Assembly: GCA_030834985.1 (NCBI GenBank)
Contig: JAUQWV010000006.1
Span: 140,168 to 204,167, forward strand
Direction of reading: 5' to 3'
Origin: Candidatus Dojkabacteria bacterium
GTDB taxonomy: Bacteria > Patescibacteriota > Dojkabacteria > J137
Length of the DNA stretch: 64,000 nt
This document shows positions 22,275 to 32,897 of the stretch, piece by piece. Each line of letters opens with the position of its first letter. Position 1 is the first letter of the stretch. Both the position numbers and the translations under genes were made by a program. The notes beneath the pieces are model-generated. The model did no database searches. It worked only from the letters and a program-made list of their open reading frames with translations, and was not told where the DNA came from.

Positions 22275-24740
22275 TTAGAAACCGCCTAAACCACCGCCAA
22301 ATAATGAAGCTGGCTTCTTTTCTTCCTCAGTTTTTTCTTTAATAAAGGTTCCTCTGAGCTTAATTTCATTTTCAATAATATTCCTATCTTTACCATATTT
22401 AAGTCTGGAAATCTGTTTAGCAACATCTGCTATTTGTGGATTTGACTGTCCAATCATATCGTATGGAGAATCACCATAAAATGATCTAGTAGTAAATGCA
22501 GGTGTTGGTTTACCGTCTGCTAGCATTCTAAAATAAAAATTGAAGTTTTCAATCTGTTGAAGATCTGATTCATCTACAGTTTCACCCATCTCTTTAGATA
22601 GGAATACTGAATCATCGGCCCCCACTCTAAATACGGCTTTATTGCCAACATTACCGAAAACAGCATCTTTTATACTTGTATTATTGCCTTCTCTCACTAA
22701 TTGGCCTACGTATTGATGACCTAAAGTTAAAGCAAGTCTATACTTTCTAGCCTCAGATAGAATAACTTTGATTCCGTCGGTCAAGTAGTTTTGAAACTCA
22801 TCAATGTATAAATAGAATGGATTTCTAGATTTTTCATCGGTCCCTTCCCTTTCAAGAGCTGCAACAAGAAACTTACCAACTATTATCATACCAAGCAATG
22901 CTGCATTTAACTCACCTATCTTACCTTTGGTTAATTTAACAATAAGGATCTTGCCTTCATCCATTATTTTTCTAAAGTTTATTGTTGATTCCTGCTGAGC
23001 AATAATCGGCCTTACATACTGGTTAGTCAAAAATGGAGCTAATTTAGAAACAACGTATGGAGTAACATTCTTTAATCCAACATCTCCTGTAGCCTGCTCT
23101 GCCTGTTTTCGCCAGAAGTCAATCACCTCTTGGTCTGTGCATTTTGACAGCTTGTAGTTTCGATAGCCGTCATCTGCAAATATTTTTGGGATCTCCATTA
23201 AAGTAGAGCCCGATTCAATATCATCTGTTAAAAGCATAATTGCATATCTGAAGTACTGTTCAAACATTGGGCCTCCGGTAACTTTCAGATTGTACAATGT
23301 ATCAAAAATATTCAACATTTCGTTGGTAACAAGTGTACGTTGTGCCGGATTGCTAAACTCAAGCATATTCAAACCTACTGGGCGCTCTAAATCTGAAGGA
23401 TCAAAGATTACAACATCTTCCACTCTTTCAGGAGGGATCTGTTGTAATAATTTTTCAGCATCTGTTCCGTGTGGGTCAATATATCCGCATCCGTGACCCA
23501 ACTTCATATCTCTAATCATCATTCCCGACATAAATGCAGATTTACCTGTACCAGTTTGACCAATAACATAAAAGTGCCTTAAGCGGTCTTCAGGTTTAAT
23601 AAAGATCTCTTTAAATTGTCCTCTAAACGAGTTACGGCCTACGTACATATAGTCTTTTTGATAAGTGCTTGCCACAAAATCTGGAGCAGGAGCTTTTTTT
23701 GCTAGAAGCCACTTTATGTGAGGCGCTTCTACATTTTTATTTGGGAAGTGAAATAAAGTGGCTAGTTCAGCTGTATTTAAAATCATAGACTGCCTTGGTA
23801 TTCGGTATATTACATCTTCAGCAATAGTGCCTACTTCTTTATCTTTCATCTTTTTAAATTTATTTCCACCTTCTTTTAAGAACTGATCAAAAAGACTTAA
23901 AGAGTTAGCAAGGCTGGAGTCTGCACTAAATTTAGTATCCGAAATACAAACGATTCGTACATCTGTATAAAAGCCAGATTTATCTGCTTTTTTATCCATC
24001 AATGAAATCGTATCGTCGTCAAATTTAGGCTTTGATGCTTTTTCGCCTTCTTTAGCGGGCTCTCTGAGCTTTTTAACAAAATCTTTTGCTTCGTTACGCC
24101 ATTTAGAGCCCGCTGGGGAAATTATCATTTGAAAAACTGCCCCTTCGTTATCACGAAGCTTACTGAAAATATCTGTTAGCGCACCAACTGAATCAACTGC
24201 AAGCTCTTCATAGGTCTGAAATGGTATTCTAGTATCTTTATCAAGTTTTAAAGCAGCATATGAAGCGTATGCTGCATCAGGAAATAAGTTGTATTCTTTA
24301 ACCTGATTAATTTCAGCCTGAGGGTATGTACTGTTAATTTGTCTATCAACAATATTTGCAATACTTTTAGGACACACCACATAAAATTTAATAGACTCTT
24401 TAAATGCTACTATTTCAAAACTTACAAACTTTCTTGCGCCAATAAAGCTCTTAAATCCTTTAAGTTCCTCTCCTATACCTAACAACCCTGTATACATCTG
24501 CTCTGCTGCTCTAATTTCAACATCATTTGAATTAGGCAGTTTTACTTCAAAGAAAACTAAACCTAACCCTTTACGTTTTAAAACTGCCTGTTTAAAGCCC
24601 TGAAGATATTTAACTAGAAGAAAGCCACCTATAACTGCGAGTGCTAATAAAACAAAAATTATAACTGCAGCGCTTTGTACAGCACTCGCAGAAACAATTT
24701 CTTGTGTATTAAGATTTGATACGGATTGAGTTCCAAACAT
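22275..24740 (-). CDS. VirB4/VirD4(TraG)/HerA-like membrane-anchored ATPase (CPR-type T4SS-like)
   Basis: N-terminal TM; RLRHFYVIGQTGTGKS (Walker A); IDPHG; LYIDEFQN (Walker B); SEARKYRLALTLGHQY. Confidence 0.85.
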   Translation of the reverse strand: MFGTQSVSNLNTQEIVSASAVQSAAVIIFVLLALAVIGGFLLVKYLQGFKQAVLKRKGLGLVFFEVKLPNSNDVEIRAAEQMYTGLLGIGEELKGFKSFIGARKFVSFEIVAFKESIKFYVVCPKSIANIVDRQINSTYPQAEINQVKEYNLFPDAAYASYAALKLDKDTRIPFQTYEELAVDSVGALTDIFSKLRDNEGAVFQMIISPAGSKWRNEAKDFVKKLREPAKEGEKASKPKFDDDTISLMDKKADKSGFYTDVRIVCISDTKFSADSSLANSLSLFDQFLKEGGNKFKKMKDKEVGTIAEDVIYRIPRQSMILNTAELATLFHFPNKNVEAPHIKWLLAKKAPAPDFVASTYQKDYMYVGRNSFRGQFKEIFIKPEDRLRHFYVIGQTGTGKSAFMSGMMIRDMKLGHGCGYIDPHGTDAEKLLQQIPPERVEDVVIFDPSDLERPVGLNMLEFSNPAQRTLVTNEMLNIFDTLYNLKVTGGPMFEQYFRYAIMLLTDDIESGSTLMEIPKIFADDGYRNYKLSKCTDQEVIDFWRKQAEQATGDVGLKNVTPYVVSKLAPFLTNQYVRPIIAQQESTINFRKIMDEGKILIVKLTKGKIGELNAALLGMIIVGKFLVAALEREGTDEKSRNPFYLYIDEFQNYLTDGIKVILSEARKYRLALTLGHQYVGQLVREGNNTSIKDAVFGNVGNKAVFRVGADDSVFLSKEMGETVDESDLQQIENFNFYFRMLADGKPTPAFTTRSFYGDSPYDMIGQSNPQIADVAKQISRLKYGKDRNIIENEIKLRGTFIKEKTEEEKKPASLFGGGLGGF

Positions 24741-24806
24741 TTATATACTGCTAATTCGATTTATTATAGATTATTTTACCAGTTGAGGTAAGAGGATTTA
24801 TGCGAC

Positions 24807-25361
24807 TTACTTTTTTGACAAGCCCTGTTCTTCTATAAATTTTTGAAACTGAACAGAAAGCCACTTAGAAGTTGAGCTTAAAGATTTTTTGCTGTTCCGC
24901 TTAATATATTCAATTGCTTTATTAATATAAACAGGATTTATTGGAGGCTTAAAGCCATCTCCGTAAGGAGATTCTGCTTCTTCCGACTTAGCGGCAACTT
25001 GTATTGTAGCTGGTGTTGGGGCAGGTTGTGCTTGTTGGATAGCTGCCTCTTGTTGTTTTTCAACAGACTTTTCTATTGAGCTTTCTTTTTCAACTGTGGT
25101 TTCTATATTAGAATCTATCACTTGAGGCACTGCAGGCATATTAGGCATAGATTCCATTCCTCCATTAGACCCGCTAGCCTGAGAATTAGCAATTTGAGTT
25201 TTTACAAAATCATATGCAACACTTAAAAGCACAACCTGCCCATTTGGCGCAACTACTAAGGTCAGTCCGCTTTCGTCATAACCAAAGAACTTAAAACCAA
25301 ACTTTTCTACCAGTTTTAGTACTTCTATATCATTATTTTGAGCAACTGTCTGATTATTCAT
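24807..25361 (-). CDS. Hypothetical protein
   Basis: 184-aa ORF, tightly coupled to smpB, with a Q/P/A-rich linker. Confidence 0.7.
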   Translation of the reverse strand: MNNQTVAQNNDIEVLKLVEKFGFKFFGYDESGLTLVVAPNGQVVLLSVAYDFVKTQIANSQASGSNGGMESMPNMPAVPQVIDSNIETTVEKESSIEKSVEKQQEAAIQQAQPAPTPATIQVAAKSEEAESPYGDGFKPPINPVYINKAIEYIKRNSKKSLSSTSKWLSVQFQKFIEEQGLSKK

Positions 25362-25363
25362 AT

Positions 25364-25819
25364 TTATATATTATATTTTTTTCTATCTCTTTCGATTCCT
25401 CTTTTTATATCTTTTTCCTTAATAACATTTCTTTTATCAAATTTTTTTCGTCCTTTTACTAATGCAACATTTAATTTTACTAAACCTCTATCATCCTGTA
25501 TTACTTCTAAAGGAACAATTGTAATACCAGGCTGTTTTACTGAAGCTGCTAGCACAGTAATTTGTCTTTTAGTTAATAATAGCTTTCTTCTGCGCTTCTC
25601 ATCTACTTTAGATGAGCTACTTGCAAACTTCCACATTGGAATATTTGCACCCTCTAAAAACATTTCATTGTTTACATTTTTGATATATGCCCCAGCAAGG
25701 CTGATTTTACCAGCTTTAACAGACTTTACTTCCCATCCGAGCAAATTGATTCCAGCTGTAACGGTATCTAAAACGTCGAAGTCAAAATATGCCTTTTTAT
25801 TACTTGCTAGAACTTTCAT
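25364..25819 (-). CDS. smpB: SsrA-binding protein SmpB
   Basis: NKKAYFDF; AGINLLGWEVKSVK; RKLLL; GRKKFDKR. Confidence 0.96.
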   Translation of the reverse strand: MKVLASNKKAYFDFDVLDTVTAGINLLGWEVKSVKAGKISLAGAYIKNVNNEMFLEGANIPMWKFASSSSKVDEKRRRKLLLTKRQITVLAASVKQPGITIVPLEVIQDDRGLVKLNVALVKGRKKFDKRNVIKEKDIKRGIERDRKKYNI

Positions 25820-25825
25820 CTACAA

Positions 25826-28411
25826 TTAAATATCCAACCTTATTATTGTGGTACCATCCAGTACATAGATTGCTCTACTTGCCTCGTTTACAACTACTTC
25901 TTTAATATTTTTAAATATATTTGAATCACTGCCTCTATAAATATATGAAGTATTATAGATTAAGTTTTTAGCATCTGAGTCCTCGATTGTAAAAAGCATA
26001 ACCCTTCGGTTATTTGGATCGGCAACCGCTAAAAGTTTACCATCAATGTCAATGGCAGTAGCATTAGAAATAGAATCTATATCTTTCTGTATTGTATTAA
26101 CAAAACTATCGGCAGTAATTGTATTTTCGCCTCCTGCTAAGTATCTGCGCAATCCTTTACCTCTAATTAATGTATAGATTTCGTAAGGAACTGTAATATC
26201 AATTGCACTTCCAAATTCTGGATCAGTTTTCCAATTAGGAGGATTCTGAACATTATATACTGCGCCTCCACCTACATAACCGTCAGCATCTTTATCTCTT
26301 TTAAATATCTGTTGGTGATTTTGATGTATTTCGTATAAGGCATCATTACCACTAAAGACAGCTGCTTTAGTAACATTTCCAATAACAGATTGAGAGAGAC
26401 CAGGAATCCTTTGAACACTTCCATCTCCAGATAGATTAATCTTGCCAACTGCACTTGTTGAATCGGTATCAAAGAATATAACGTCACCCGCTACATTCTT
26501 TGTTAGTGTGTATGGGGCACTCAGATTCGTTGCTATTTGATTTATCTGGGAATTCTCCTGAGTGCCCACTTGATAAATCGTATTTCTTCCTTTATCTGAA
26601 ACATATAGACCACCTGCTGCAAATACCATATCAGTCACATTCGCGTCTGAATATAACTTCCCGATATCTGCAATTACCAAAGGTTCACTAAATCCTACAA
26701 TTCCTAAAATATCATCCTTATTAGTTTGGATCTTTGTCTGTGCAGCATCAATTTCATCCAAGAATAGCTCTTCTTTTTTCTGAGCTTCAAATTTATTATT
26801 TAAACTATCTAATTGATTAACTAATTCTGTTTTTTGATCATCTGAAGTTGCAGATGGAATTCTTCTGATTATAGAATTAAGATCAGAAGTATAGGTATCG
26901 ATATTCGATCTTACCTGCTCCACCCTAGATTCTTCCTGTAATTGGATATTTCTATTGTTTATTGAATTAATGATAACCACACCTAAAACGATCACAAGAA
27001 TTATCAATATAATTCTGTTTCGTTTTCTACGTCTTGCTTTAGCAAACATATCTCGTCTATCATCCACACCTCCACCTATAAATTCTTTTTTAAACCAGCC
27101 TAAGAAACGAACAATCAAATCTTTTATCTTTATTACGATATCACGTAAATATTTAATATAAGTTTTATTACTTTTTTGCAAAAAAGGCATTAATTTTGTT
27201 TGAGAAAATGTTTTCAATCTCTCTGCAGCAGGGCCTGATGCTGCACCAAATTTGGATGTACTCCCATACAGTACATCTTCATCTTCAAATTGATCTTCTT
27301 GAAATTGACTGAACCTTTTTTCTCCTGAAGGTCTAAGTTCATCATCGTCTTCAAAGTCAACTTCAATCGGCACAGGTCTTGCGCTTTGAGCACCAGTCTG
27401 TGTACGCAGGTTATCTAGACTAGATCTACCAGCTGCAATAGAACGTGTTAAACCGCCTCTTAATCGACTCATTAACAATTTACCTCTTGGAATTTCTGCT
27501 TCAACATCTGCTAATGATCGAACATTTATCTCCTCTTCATCTTCTATACGTACATCATCTAATTCTACGGATTCAGCAGATACATTAGCCAAAGCATCAA
27601 TTGAATCTTCTGCTTCAAAATCCTCATCTTGAATTGGAATGTATTTAGCAGAGCCAGCAGAACCATCGATATACTCACCTTCTTCGTCTTCAACTTGAGC
27701 AGCAACTTCTGCTGGCTCTGCTAAATCAGCTAAAGGTTCATTTAAAACTTCATCCGGATCAGCATCTGCGGTTTTCCACTCATCATTTTCATCTGCTAAA
27801 AGCAATACTGCGGCACCTTGTTTAGATGCTAATGGTGATAAAGCTTTTATTCTTAAATTACTTACAGCTTCTTGAATAATATTTGAATCAATATCATTTG
27901 CAGTAGATGTAGAAAGAGCTAACCTATCCCCTTCTTCCAGTTCTAAACTTCCGGTTTTTAAGAAGCCCATCATACTTCCATCTGTTAGGCCTTGAGATAA
28001 GTCTGCATAGCGGTCACCTCTCTTAATAAATACCTTTGTTTCTCCGATTACTCCCAAATACAAAAAGTTCTTTTCAAAAAGTGCTAACCCAAGCTCAATA
28101 TCTAAACCATTTTGAGCGTATCTTTCATCTGAAGAAAGCAAAGTTTCCATTTTGGATTTCATTTTCCATACAGCATTTTCAAGTCTAATGTTGTAATCAC
28201 CTTCTTTTCCTTCCTCGAATAAATAATTCTGAAGCTCATCCAAAAACATTTTTGCTAATGCTTCCAAACGAGTTTCATTATTTGCTGTTTCAAGTTTAAT
28301 AATTGCAAAAAGCTCTAGAGGTTCAATGGAATTTTCAGGTTTAAAGTAATAAACTCCAGCCCACGAGTTAGAAGATTGAGTGCCGACTAAAAAATCTGCT
28401 CTTAATTGCAT
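25826..28411 (-). CDS. Large bitopic membrane protein: degenerate PP2C-like N-domain, acidic linker, TM, coiled coil, beta-propeller-like C-domain
   Basis: 'LELEEGDRLALST' PP2C-like strand pattern; D/E-rich middle; RRRKRNR before the TM; 'LYVSDKGRNTIY' and 'LAVADPNNRRVMLF' NHL-like blades. Confidence 0.65.
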   Translation of the reverse strand: MQLRADFLVGTQSSNSWAGVYYFKPENSIEPLELFAIIKLETANNETRLEALAKMFLDELQNYLFEEGKEGDYNIRLENAVWKMKSKMETLLSSDERYAQNGLDIELGLALFEKNFLYLGVIGETKVFIKRGDRYADLSQGLTDGSMMGFLKTGSLELEEGDRLALSTSTANDIDSNIIQEAVSNLRIKALSPLASKQGAAVLLLADENDEWKTADADPDEVLNEPLADLAEPAEVAAQVEDEEGEYIDGSAGSAKYIPIQDEDFEAEDSIDALANVSAESVELDDVRIEDEEEINVRSLADVEAEIPRGKLLMSRLRGGLTRSIAAGRSSLDNLRTQTGAQSARPVPIEVDFEDDDELRPSGEKRFSQFQEDQFEDEDVLYGSTSKFGAASGPAAERLKTFSQTKLMPFLQKSNKTYIKYLRDIVIKIKDLIVRFLGWFKKEFIGGGVDDRRDMFAKARRRKRNRIILIILVIVLGVVIINSINNRNIQLQEESRVEQVRSNIDTYTSDLNSIIRRIPSATSDDQKTELVNQLDSLNNKFEAQKKEELFLDEIDAAQTKIQTNKDDILGIVGFSEPLVIADIGKLYSDANVTDMVFAAGGLYVSDKGRNTIYQVGTQENSQINQIATNLSAPYTLTKNVAGDVIFFDTDSTSAVGKINLSGDGSVQRIPGLSQSVIGNVTKAAVFSGNDALYEIHQNHQQIFKRDKDADGYVGGGAVYNVQNPPNWKTDPEFGSAIDITVPYEIYTLIRGKGLRRYLAGGENTITADSFVNTIQKDIDSISNATAIDIDGKLLAVADPNNRRVMLFTIEDSDAKNLIYNTSYIYRGSDSNIFKNIKEVVVNEASRAIYVLDGTTIIRLDI

Positions 28412-28468
28412 ATACTTAAGTAACTTAACAATGTCTTTTAACAGTATATCAAAAAGAAATTTGTAAAG

Positions 28469-28690
28469 TTATGCAGACAAAATCAAAATTAGAGTTCCAA
28501 TTAAAATCGCTATATATGCGACTGATATTAAATCGAAGATTGGTCCATTACTTGTTTTGATAATTCTATTCATCTTTAAAGTTTGGAACACAAGAATAAA
28601 TCCTGCAAACATGTGAATAACACCAACAATGATTGCAATAATTTTTATAAATTCAATTATTTCTGGTGTTAATAAATCAGAGATTATCAT
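28469..28690 (-). CDS. Small two-TM membrane protein
   Basis: 73 aa with two hydrophobic helices; overlaps the upstream gene's stop. Confidence 0.7.
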   Translation of the reverse strand: MIISDLLTPEIIEFIKIIAIIVGVIHMFAGFILVFQTLKMNRIIKTSNGPIFDLISVAYIAILIGTLILILSA

Positions 28691-29435
28691 ATCTATAAGT
28701 TTTTGCTACATTAGATAAATCGGTAATTATATCTCTTACTTTTGTAGGAGAAGGTACCTTTAAACAAACCATTTCAGTTCTATCACTTGCACTGTAAACC
28801 AAAACATTACCATAATTAAAAATATCGCCGATAATTCCTGCAGAACGCTCTTTAACTTCCTGAATATCCTGCAGATTAACTTCAGAAACCGAGTAGCTTG
28901 AAAAAGGCCGGTAGTCATAATCCATAATTCGCTGATCAGTTACAATAAACGGATCAAAATACCAGTCAATAAAATGAGATACAATATCTGTAAAAATAAA
29001 AGAATAATAAACAAGCGCTAAAATAGTTGCTGCCTTGCTGCTTAAAAAGGAGATATCCATCTGTGCATTAAAAGCTACAAGAATTGAAGAAACTATAAAA
29101 GGTAAAATTATCAGAAAGAGGTTTTTTATAACCCAGCTTAGGTTAGTTAGCCAATGAGCTCTTACCAGTACATATACTTTTTCATCCGGATTTTGAGTTT
29201 CAAATACCAAATTAGGCTTTAAAATCATTGAGCCCCAAGTTAGGCCTATTTTCTTAGGTACGATTTTATCAGCTTCCTTTTCACGCATCCTCATTACATA
29301 TTCACGATTAGTTTGAGGCGGCTGCATATTTGTGGGATAGTAGTAGTAACCATTAAAAGGATTAGCCATGCCATTAGAGTGCAGTGGCCGTGGTTCTTTA
29401 TTTAGTTTCTGCTCGCTTTGATTGAATTTATCCAT
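28677..29435 (-). CDS. Membrane protein with bacterial PH (bPH_2) domain
   Basis: 'FETQNPDEKVYVLVRAHW', two TM, 'FIVTDQRI', 'IFNYGNVLV'. Confidence 0.8.
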   Translation of the reverse strand: MDKFNQSEQKLNKEPRPLHSNGMANPFNGYYYYPTNMQPPQTNREYVMRMREKEADKIVPKKIGLTWGSMILKPNLVFETQNPDEKVYVLVRAHWLTNLSWVIKNLFLIILPFIVSSILVAFNAQMDISFLSSKAATILALVYYSFIFTDIVSHFIDWYFDPFIVTDQRIMDYDYRPFSSYSVSEVNLQDIQEVKERSAGIIGDIFNYGNVLVYSASDRTEMVCLKVPSPTKVRDIITDLSNVAKTYRYDNL

Positions 29436-29448
29436 ACCTGATTATAAC

Positions 29449-30912
29449 TTATTTAGGATTTACTAATATAATCTGGTTACTAATCTGCGGCACACTTGCT
29501 GCATCTATCAAAAATACTGGGAAAAACTGGCTTACTTGGGTGGCTAACTCTATTTTCTTTGAGATTGCCTGAATTTCTTGGTCAAGAAGTGAGGATTTCT
29601 GCAATGATTCCGAATTTCCTTTAAAGCCAAATTCAATATTCTCTTTTTCTATCTTTAAGATATCGACCTCTCTTCTTTTTTTATAGTATTCATCCGAGGT
29701 AATAGATTTACTACTTAACTCTTCTATTTCAGTATTTTTTTGAGCTAATTTACTAGAAATATCTTTTAGATCTGCTTGTAAAGTCTCGTATGATTTACCA
29801 TTCAAGTTTTTTTCAATATTTCGACCTAATAAATCAATCTCTAATTTCAATGCATTAAGTAAAGCTGAATTTATAAAAAGCTGAGAGTTCGGATCTGAAT
29901 AATTCCTAACATTGTCAACCTGAGCTACGGGAGCTACATTGGGGACCATCTGTGCGCTTAAAGCTAAGTCATCTTCACTTGCAGGTAAACCTTCCAGCGC
30001 ATCTTTATAGAATCGGGAAATTATATACAGTAAGCTTAAAATCACAGAGAATATCATTCCAGCCAATAAGACAGAAAAGCTGTATGAATAGAGAAATCCG
30101 ATAATCGTAATAACAATATTAAGTATTGCTAGAACCACTGTCGGATTAACCTCAAATATCCGTTGTCTTTTATTTTCATCTTCTTCTGAGTTTATGATTG
30201 GTGCGTTTCTTTTAGAAGATAGATTCGTATTTGTAAACTCAATCTTTTTACTTTTTAGATCTGTAACCTCTTCTTTAGAAGGTGCAGCTGAATTAAAAGA
30301 ATCTATTTTACTTTGTAGCTCGTTTTTCTTTGTAATAATCAACTCTACCGACTTTAGCATTTGAGATATTGTATCCTGCTCTGTTTTCAACGACTTTATT
30401 TCCTTATTTATTTCATCCTTTAATTTCTTTTCATTTTGGTAAAAATCAACCTGTTCCTGTACAGATTTAATTCTAGATTCAACTTCCTGAAGTCTAGCAA
30501 ACTTTTGTTTTTCCTCTTCTGATAGTGATTGCTGCAGCTGCCCCGATAGCGATGTCTTTTGTTGCTTTTTTGCTTCAAGTTCAGATTGTAAGGATGGGTC
30601 AATAGTTAATACTAATCTTTTTATATTATTTACAAATTCATCGGATTGTATGGCAGCTGCATTAATAACTCTACTTTGTAATGCTTGTTCAGAAAGGATT
30701 ATGCCAGCTTGAGCTTTAAGAATCTCAAAAAAACTTTGTTCCGATGGTACTGTGTATTCGGTATTATCAGCCACTTGAAAGCTCAAGCTGGCGTCCTGTA
30801 CAACTTGGTTACTCAAAATCTGCAAAACTTTATTCATTTCGTCTAAAGAAATTGATTCATTCTCTAGATTAATTACTCTATCTGCATTTTTGAATATTTT
30901 TAGTTTAAACAT
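29449..30912 (-). CDS. Coiled-coil membrane protein (two central TM helices)
   Basis: Long heptad-rich regions flank a hydrophobic hairpin. Confidence 0.7.
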   Translation of the reverse strand: MFKLKIFKNADRVINLENESISLDEMNKVLQILSNQVVQDASLSFQVADNTEYTVPSEQSFFEILKAQAGIILSEQALQSRVINAAAIQSDEFVNNIKRLVLTIDPSLQSELEAKKQQKTSLSGQLQQSLSEEEKQKFARLQEVESRIKSVQEQVDFYQNEKKLKDEINKEIKSLKTEQDTISQMLKSVELIITKKNELQSKIDSFNSAAPSKEEVTDLKSKKIEFTNTNLSSKRNAPIINSEEDENKRQRIFEVNPTVVLAILNIVITIIGFLYSYSFSVLLAGMIFSVILSLLYIISRFYKDALEGLPASEDDLALSAQMVPNVAPVAQVDNVRNYSDPNSQLFINSALLNALKLEIDLLGRNIEKNLNGKSYETLQADLKDISSKLAQKNTEIEELSSKSITSDEYYKKRREVDILKIEKENIEFGFKGNSESLQKSSLLDQEIQAISKKIELATQVSQFFPVFLIDAASVPQISNQIILVNPK

Positions 30913-30923
30913 CTGACAGAAAG

Positions 30924-31826
30924 CTAATTAGTACATGCAGACGGATCACAACTCGATCTACAAAATAGAGTCAGTGCATTATCTCCAGTACCAATCATTA
31001 CACGTTCTCTCCTACACCAGGTAGGAGCTCCTGGGCTGTCACCCTCTTGAACTCTGCACAATAAATCAACCCTATTCAATCCAAGAAAACCTGTAGGACA
31101 ATCGTTAGAATCCATCCCTTCTCTGCCCTGGCACAAAATACCTTCAGGCTGTAAACCTTCTTGAAGAGCTACACAAGGAGCTGCTAAAAACCTTGCAGCA
31201 ATTACACCTTTAGGATCTGTACATAAACTTCCATAAAAGAACTGAAAGCCTGGCATATTTACGTTGTAACATTGTGCCGATTCATTTATTCCAAGTAACC
31301 TAAATACTGTAGTCAGAATCGGCACTGCCAAGAATACTAATGCAAATCCGATTAAATAATTGATAATACGTTTCCTAACTTCTGTGATTTTAGTAGGATC
31401 ACCTCGTGAAATCAGATAATCAAAACCCATTTTTACAACAAGCAAGAATGATAATGAAGCAACTAATCCCCAAATTGCATATAAGATTCTTACAAACCAT
31501 ACTTCTATTTGCTGTAGTGCAGGAGGCTTTAATTGAGCAATAATTTTATCTGTAGGGTTTGAACAATCGTTGCCGGCTGCGTTAATGCTATTGTTTGGAC
31601 AACAGAAGTAATTTCCAAAACTATCTGGCCCAGCTACAGTCAATTTTACTGTACCTTGATTGTCACTTAATACTTCACCTGATTGTTTATCAAAACATTG
31701 ATAGCTATCTGGATTGTTACCCGAAAAATCAAAAGATTGTAACTGTGCATCTACACTTGAAGTTAAAAAATTCCCAAACAATAAATTAGCAAAAATAAAT
31801 ATGTACAGAAGTGTTTTTTTCTTCAT
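30924..31826 (-). CDS. VirB2/TrbC-like pilin-domain protein with Cys-rich extensions
   Basis: Signal peptide; 'GFDYLISRGDPTKITEVRKRIINYLIG' pilin motif; many Cys on both sides. Confidence 0.75.
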   Translation of the reverse strand: MKKKTLLYIFIFANLLFGNFLTSSVDAQLQSFDFSGNNPDSYQCFDKQSGEVLSDNQGTVKLTVAGPDSFGNYFCCPNNSINAAGNDCSNPTDKIIAQLKPPALQQIEVWFVRILYAIWGLVASLSFLLVVKMGFDYLISRGDPTKITEVRKRIINYLIGFALVFLAVPILTTVFRLLGINESAQCYNVNMPGFQFFYGSLCTDPKGVIAARFLAAPCVALQEGLQPEGILCQGREGMDSNDCPTGFLGLNRVDLLCRVQEGDSPGAPTWCRRERVMIGTGDNALTLFCRSSCDPSACTN

Positions 31827-31884
31827 TAGACTTAATATTAATAATCTACTACTATAATAGATTAAAGAGATTTGCTAAGCAACT

Positions 31885-31916
31885 AAAAGCCCCCCGATTA
31901 ACGGGGGGGGGCTTTT
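31885..31916 (-). terminator. Intrinsic terminator within the pilin array
   Basis: AAAAGC6-gattaac-G9CTTTT hairpin. Confidence 0.7.
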
Positions 31917-31947
31917 CATAATCTCTATTAAAATTATTCTCTTATGC

Positions 31948-32436
31948 TTAAGGTTGCAAAATCGAATTTAATAACGGACTTGTCTGGTTGTTAATTGTAT
32001 TATTTGTATCTAATGCTCCACCAGCACCAAAGAATGCAATTACAATAATAATACCGATTAAGCCAACAAACAATGCTGCAATACCTATGAATACAGATTT
32101 TATAGCTTTCTGTGCTTCTTCGATTTTTCCAGGATCACCTTCACTTCTAATATATTTAATAGCAGCTTTAATAATTACATAAATCGAGAAGATGATTATT
32201 GCAACAAAGATTAAAGATACTATTAGATTGAATGTACTTCTAATTGTACTTCCAGTTGTATCGTCAGTAATTCCTGTACATAAAGTATTAATTCCGAATG
32301 CACTTACACTATTAATGAACGGGAACACTGTACAAATAAGATTTTGAGCTCGTACAGTTAATAACGGTGATAACACAGGGGCAGCTAGCAAGAATGCTCC
32401 TACCATCATTGTTATCAAAGCTTTATTTTTGAACAT
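31948..32436 (-). CDS. VirB2/TrbC-like pilin
   Basis: Signal peptide; 'KYIRSEGDPGKIEEAQKAIKSVFIG' between two TM helices. Confidence 0.8.
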   Translation of the reverse strand: MFKNKALITMMVGAFLLAAPVLSPLLTVRAQNLICTVFPFINSVSAFGINTLCTGITDDTTGSTIRSTFNLIVSLIFVAIIIFSIYVIIKAAIKYIRSEGDPGKIEEAQKAIKSVFIGIAALFVGLIGIIIVIAFFGAGGALDTNNTINNQTSPLLNSILQP

Positions 32437-32453
32437 AAAGTTTTTTTAATAAA

Positions 32454-32888
32454 TTAATTTGTAATTAAAGGTATTTGCGTACCCTCCGGCGCATTTAATG
32501 TTACATTTAGAATACCACCAGCACCAAAGAATGCAAGTACTATTATTAATCCTATCAAACCTACAAAAATAATTCCAATGCCAATGTATACTCCTCTCAT
32601 CATCCCAACTCCTGCCTCTATCTGGCTTGGATCTCCGTTACTTCTTATTATAGTAACAGCCGCTTTAATAATCAAGAAAACACCATAAAGCATTATTGCT
32701 ATAAAAATAAAAGCAAGTAAAGCCTTTATTAAGTTTGTTACCTGAGAATTTACATCACCGCATGCATCAAATACAGATGTATTATACTGATCACACGGCA
32801 AAACATCTGCAGCAGTTTGGGCTAATACATTAACCTTTAATAATAAAGTTAATGCTATAAAAGCTGTAATTTTAAAAAGATTTTTCAT
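32454..32888 (-). CDS. VirB2/TrbC-like pilin
   Basis: Signal peptide; 'IIRSNGDPSQIEAG'; 'FVGLIGLIIVLAFFGAGG' nearly identical to the neighbouring gene. Confidence 0.8.
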   Translation of the reverse strand: MKNLFKITAFIALTLLLKVNVLAQTAADVLPCDQYNTSVFDACGDVNSQVTNLIKALLAFIFIAIMLYGVFLIIKAAVTIIRSNGDPSQIEAGVGMMRGVYIGIGIIFVGLIGLIIVLAFFGAGGILNVTLNAPEGTQIPLITN

Positions 32889-32897
32889 AGTTTTTTG

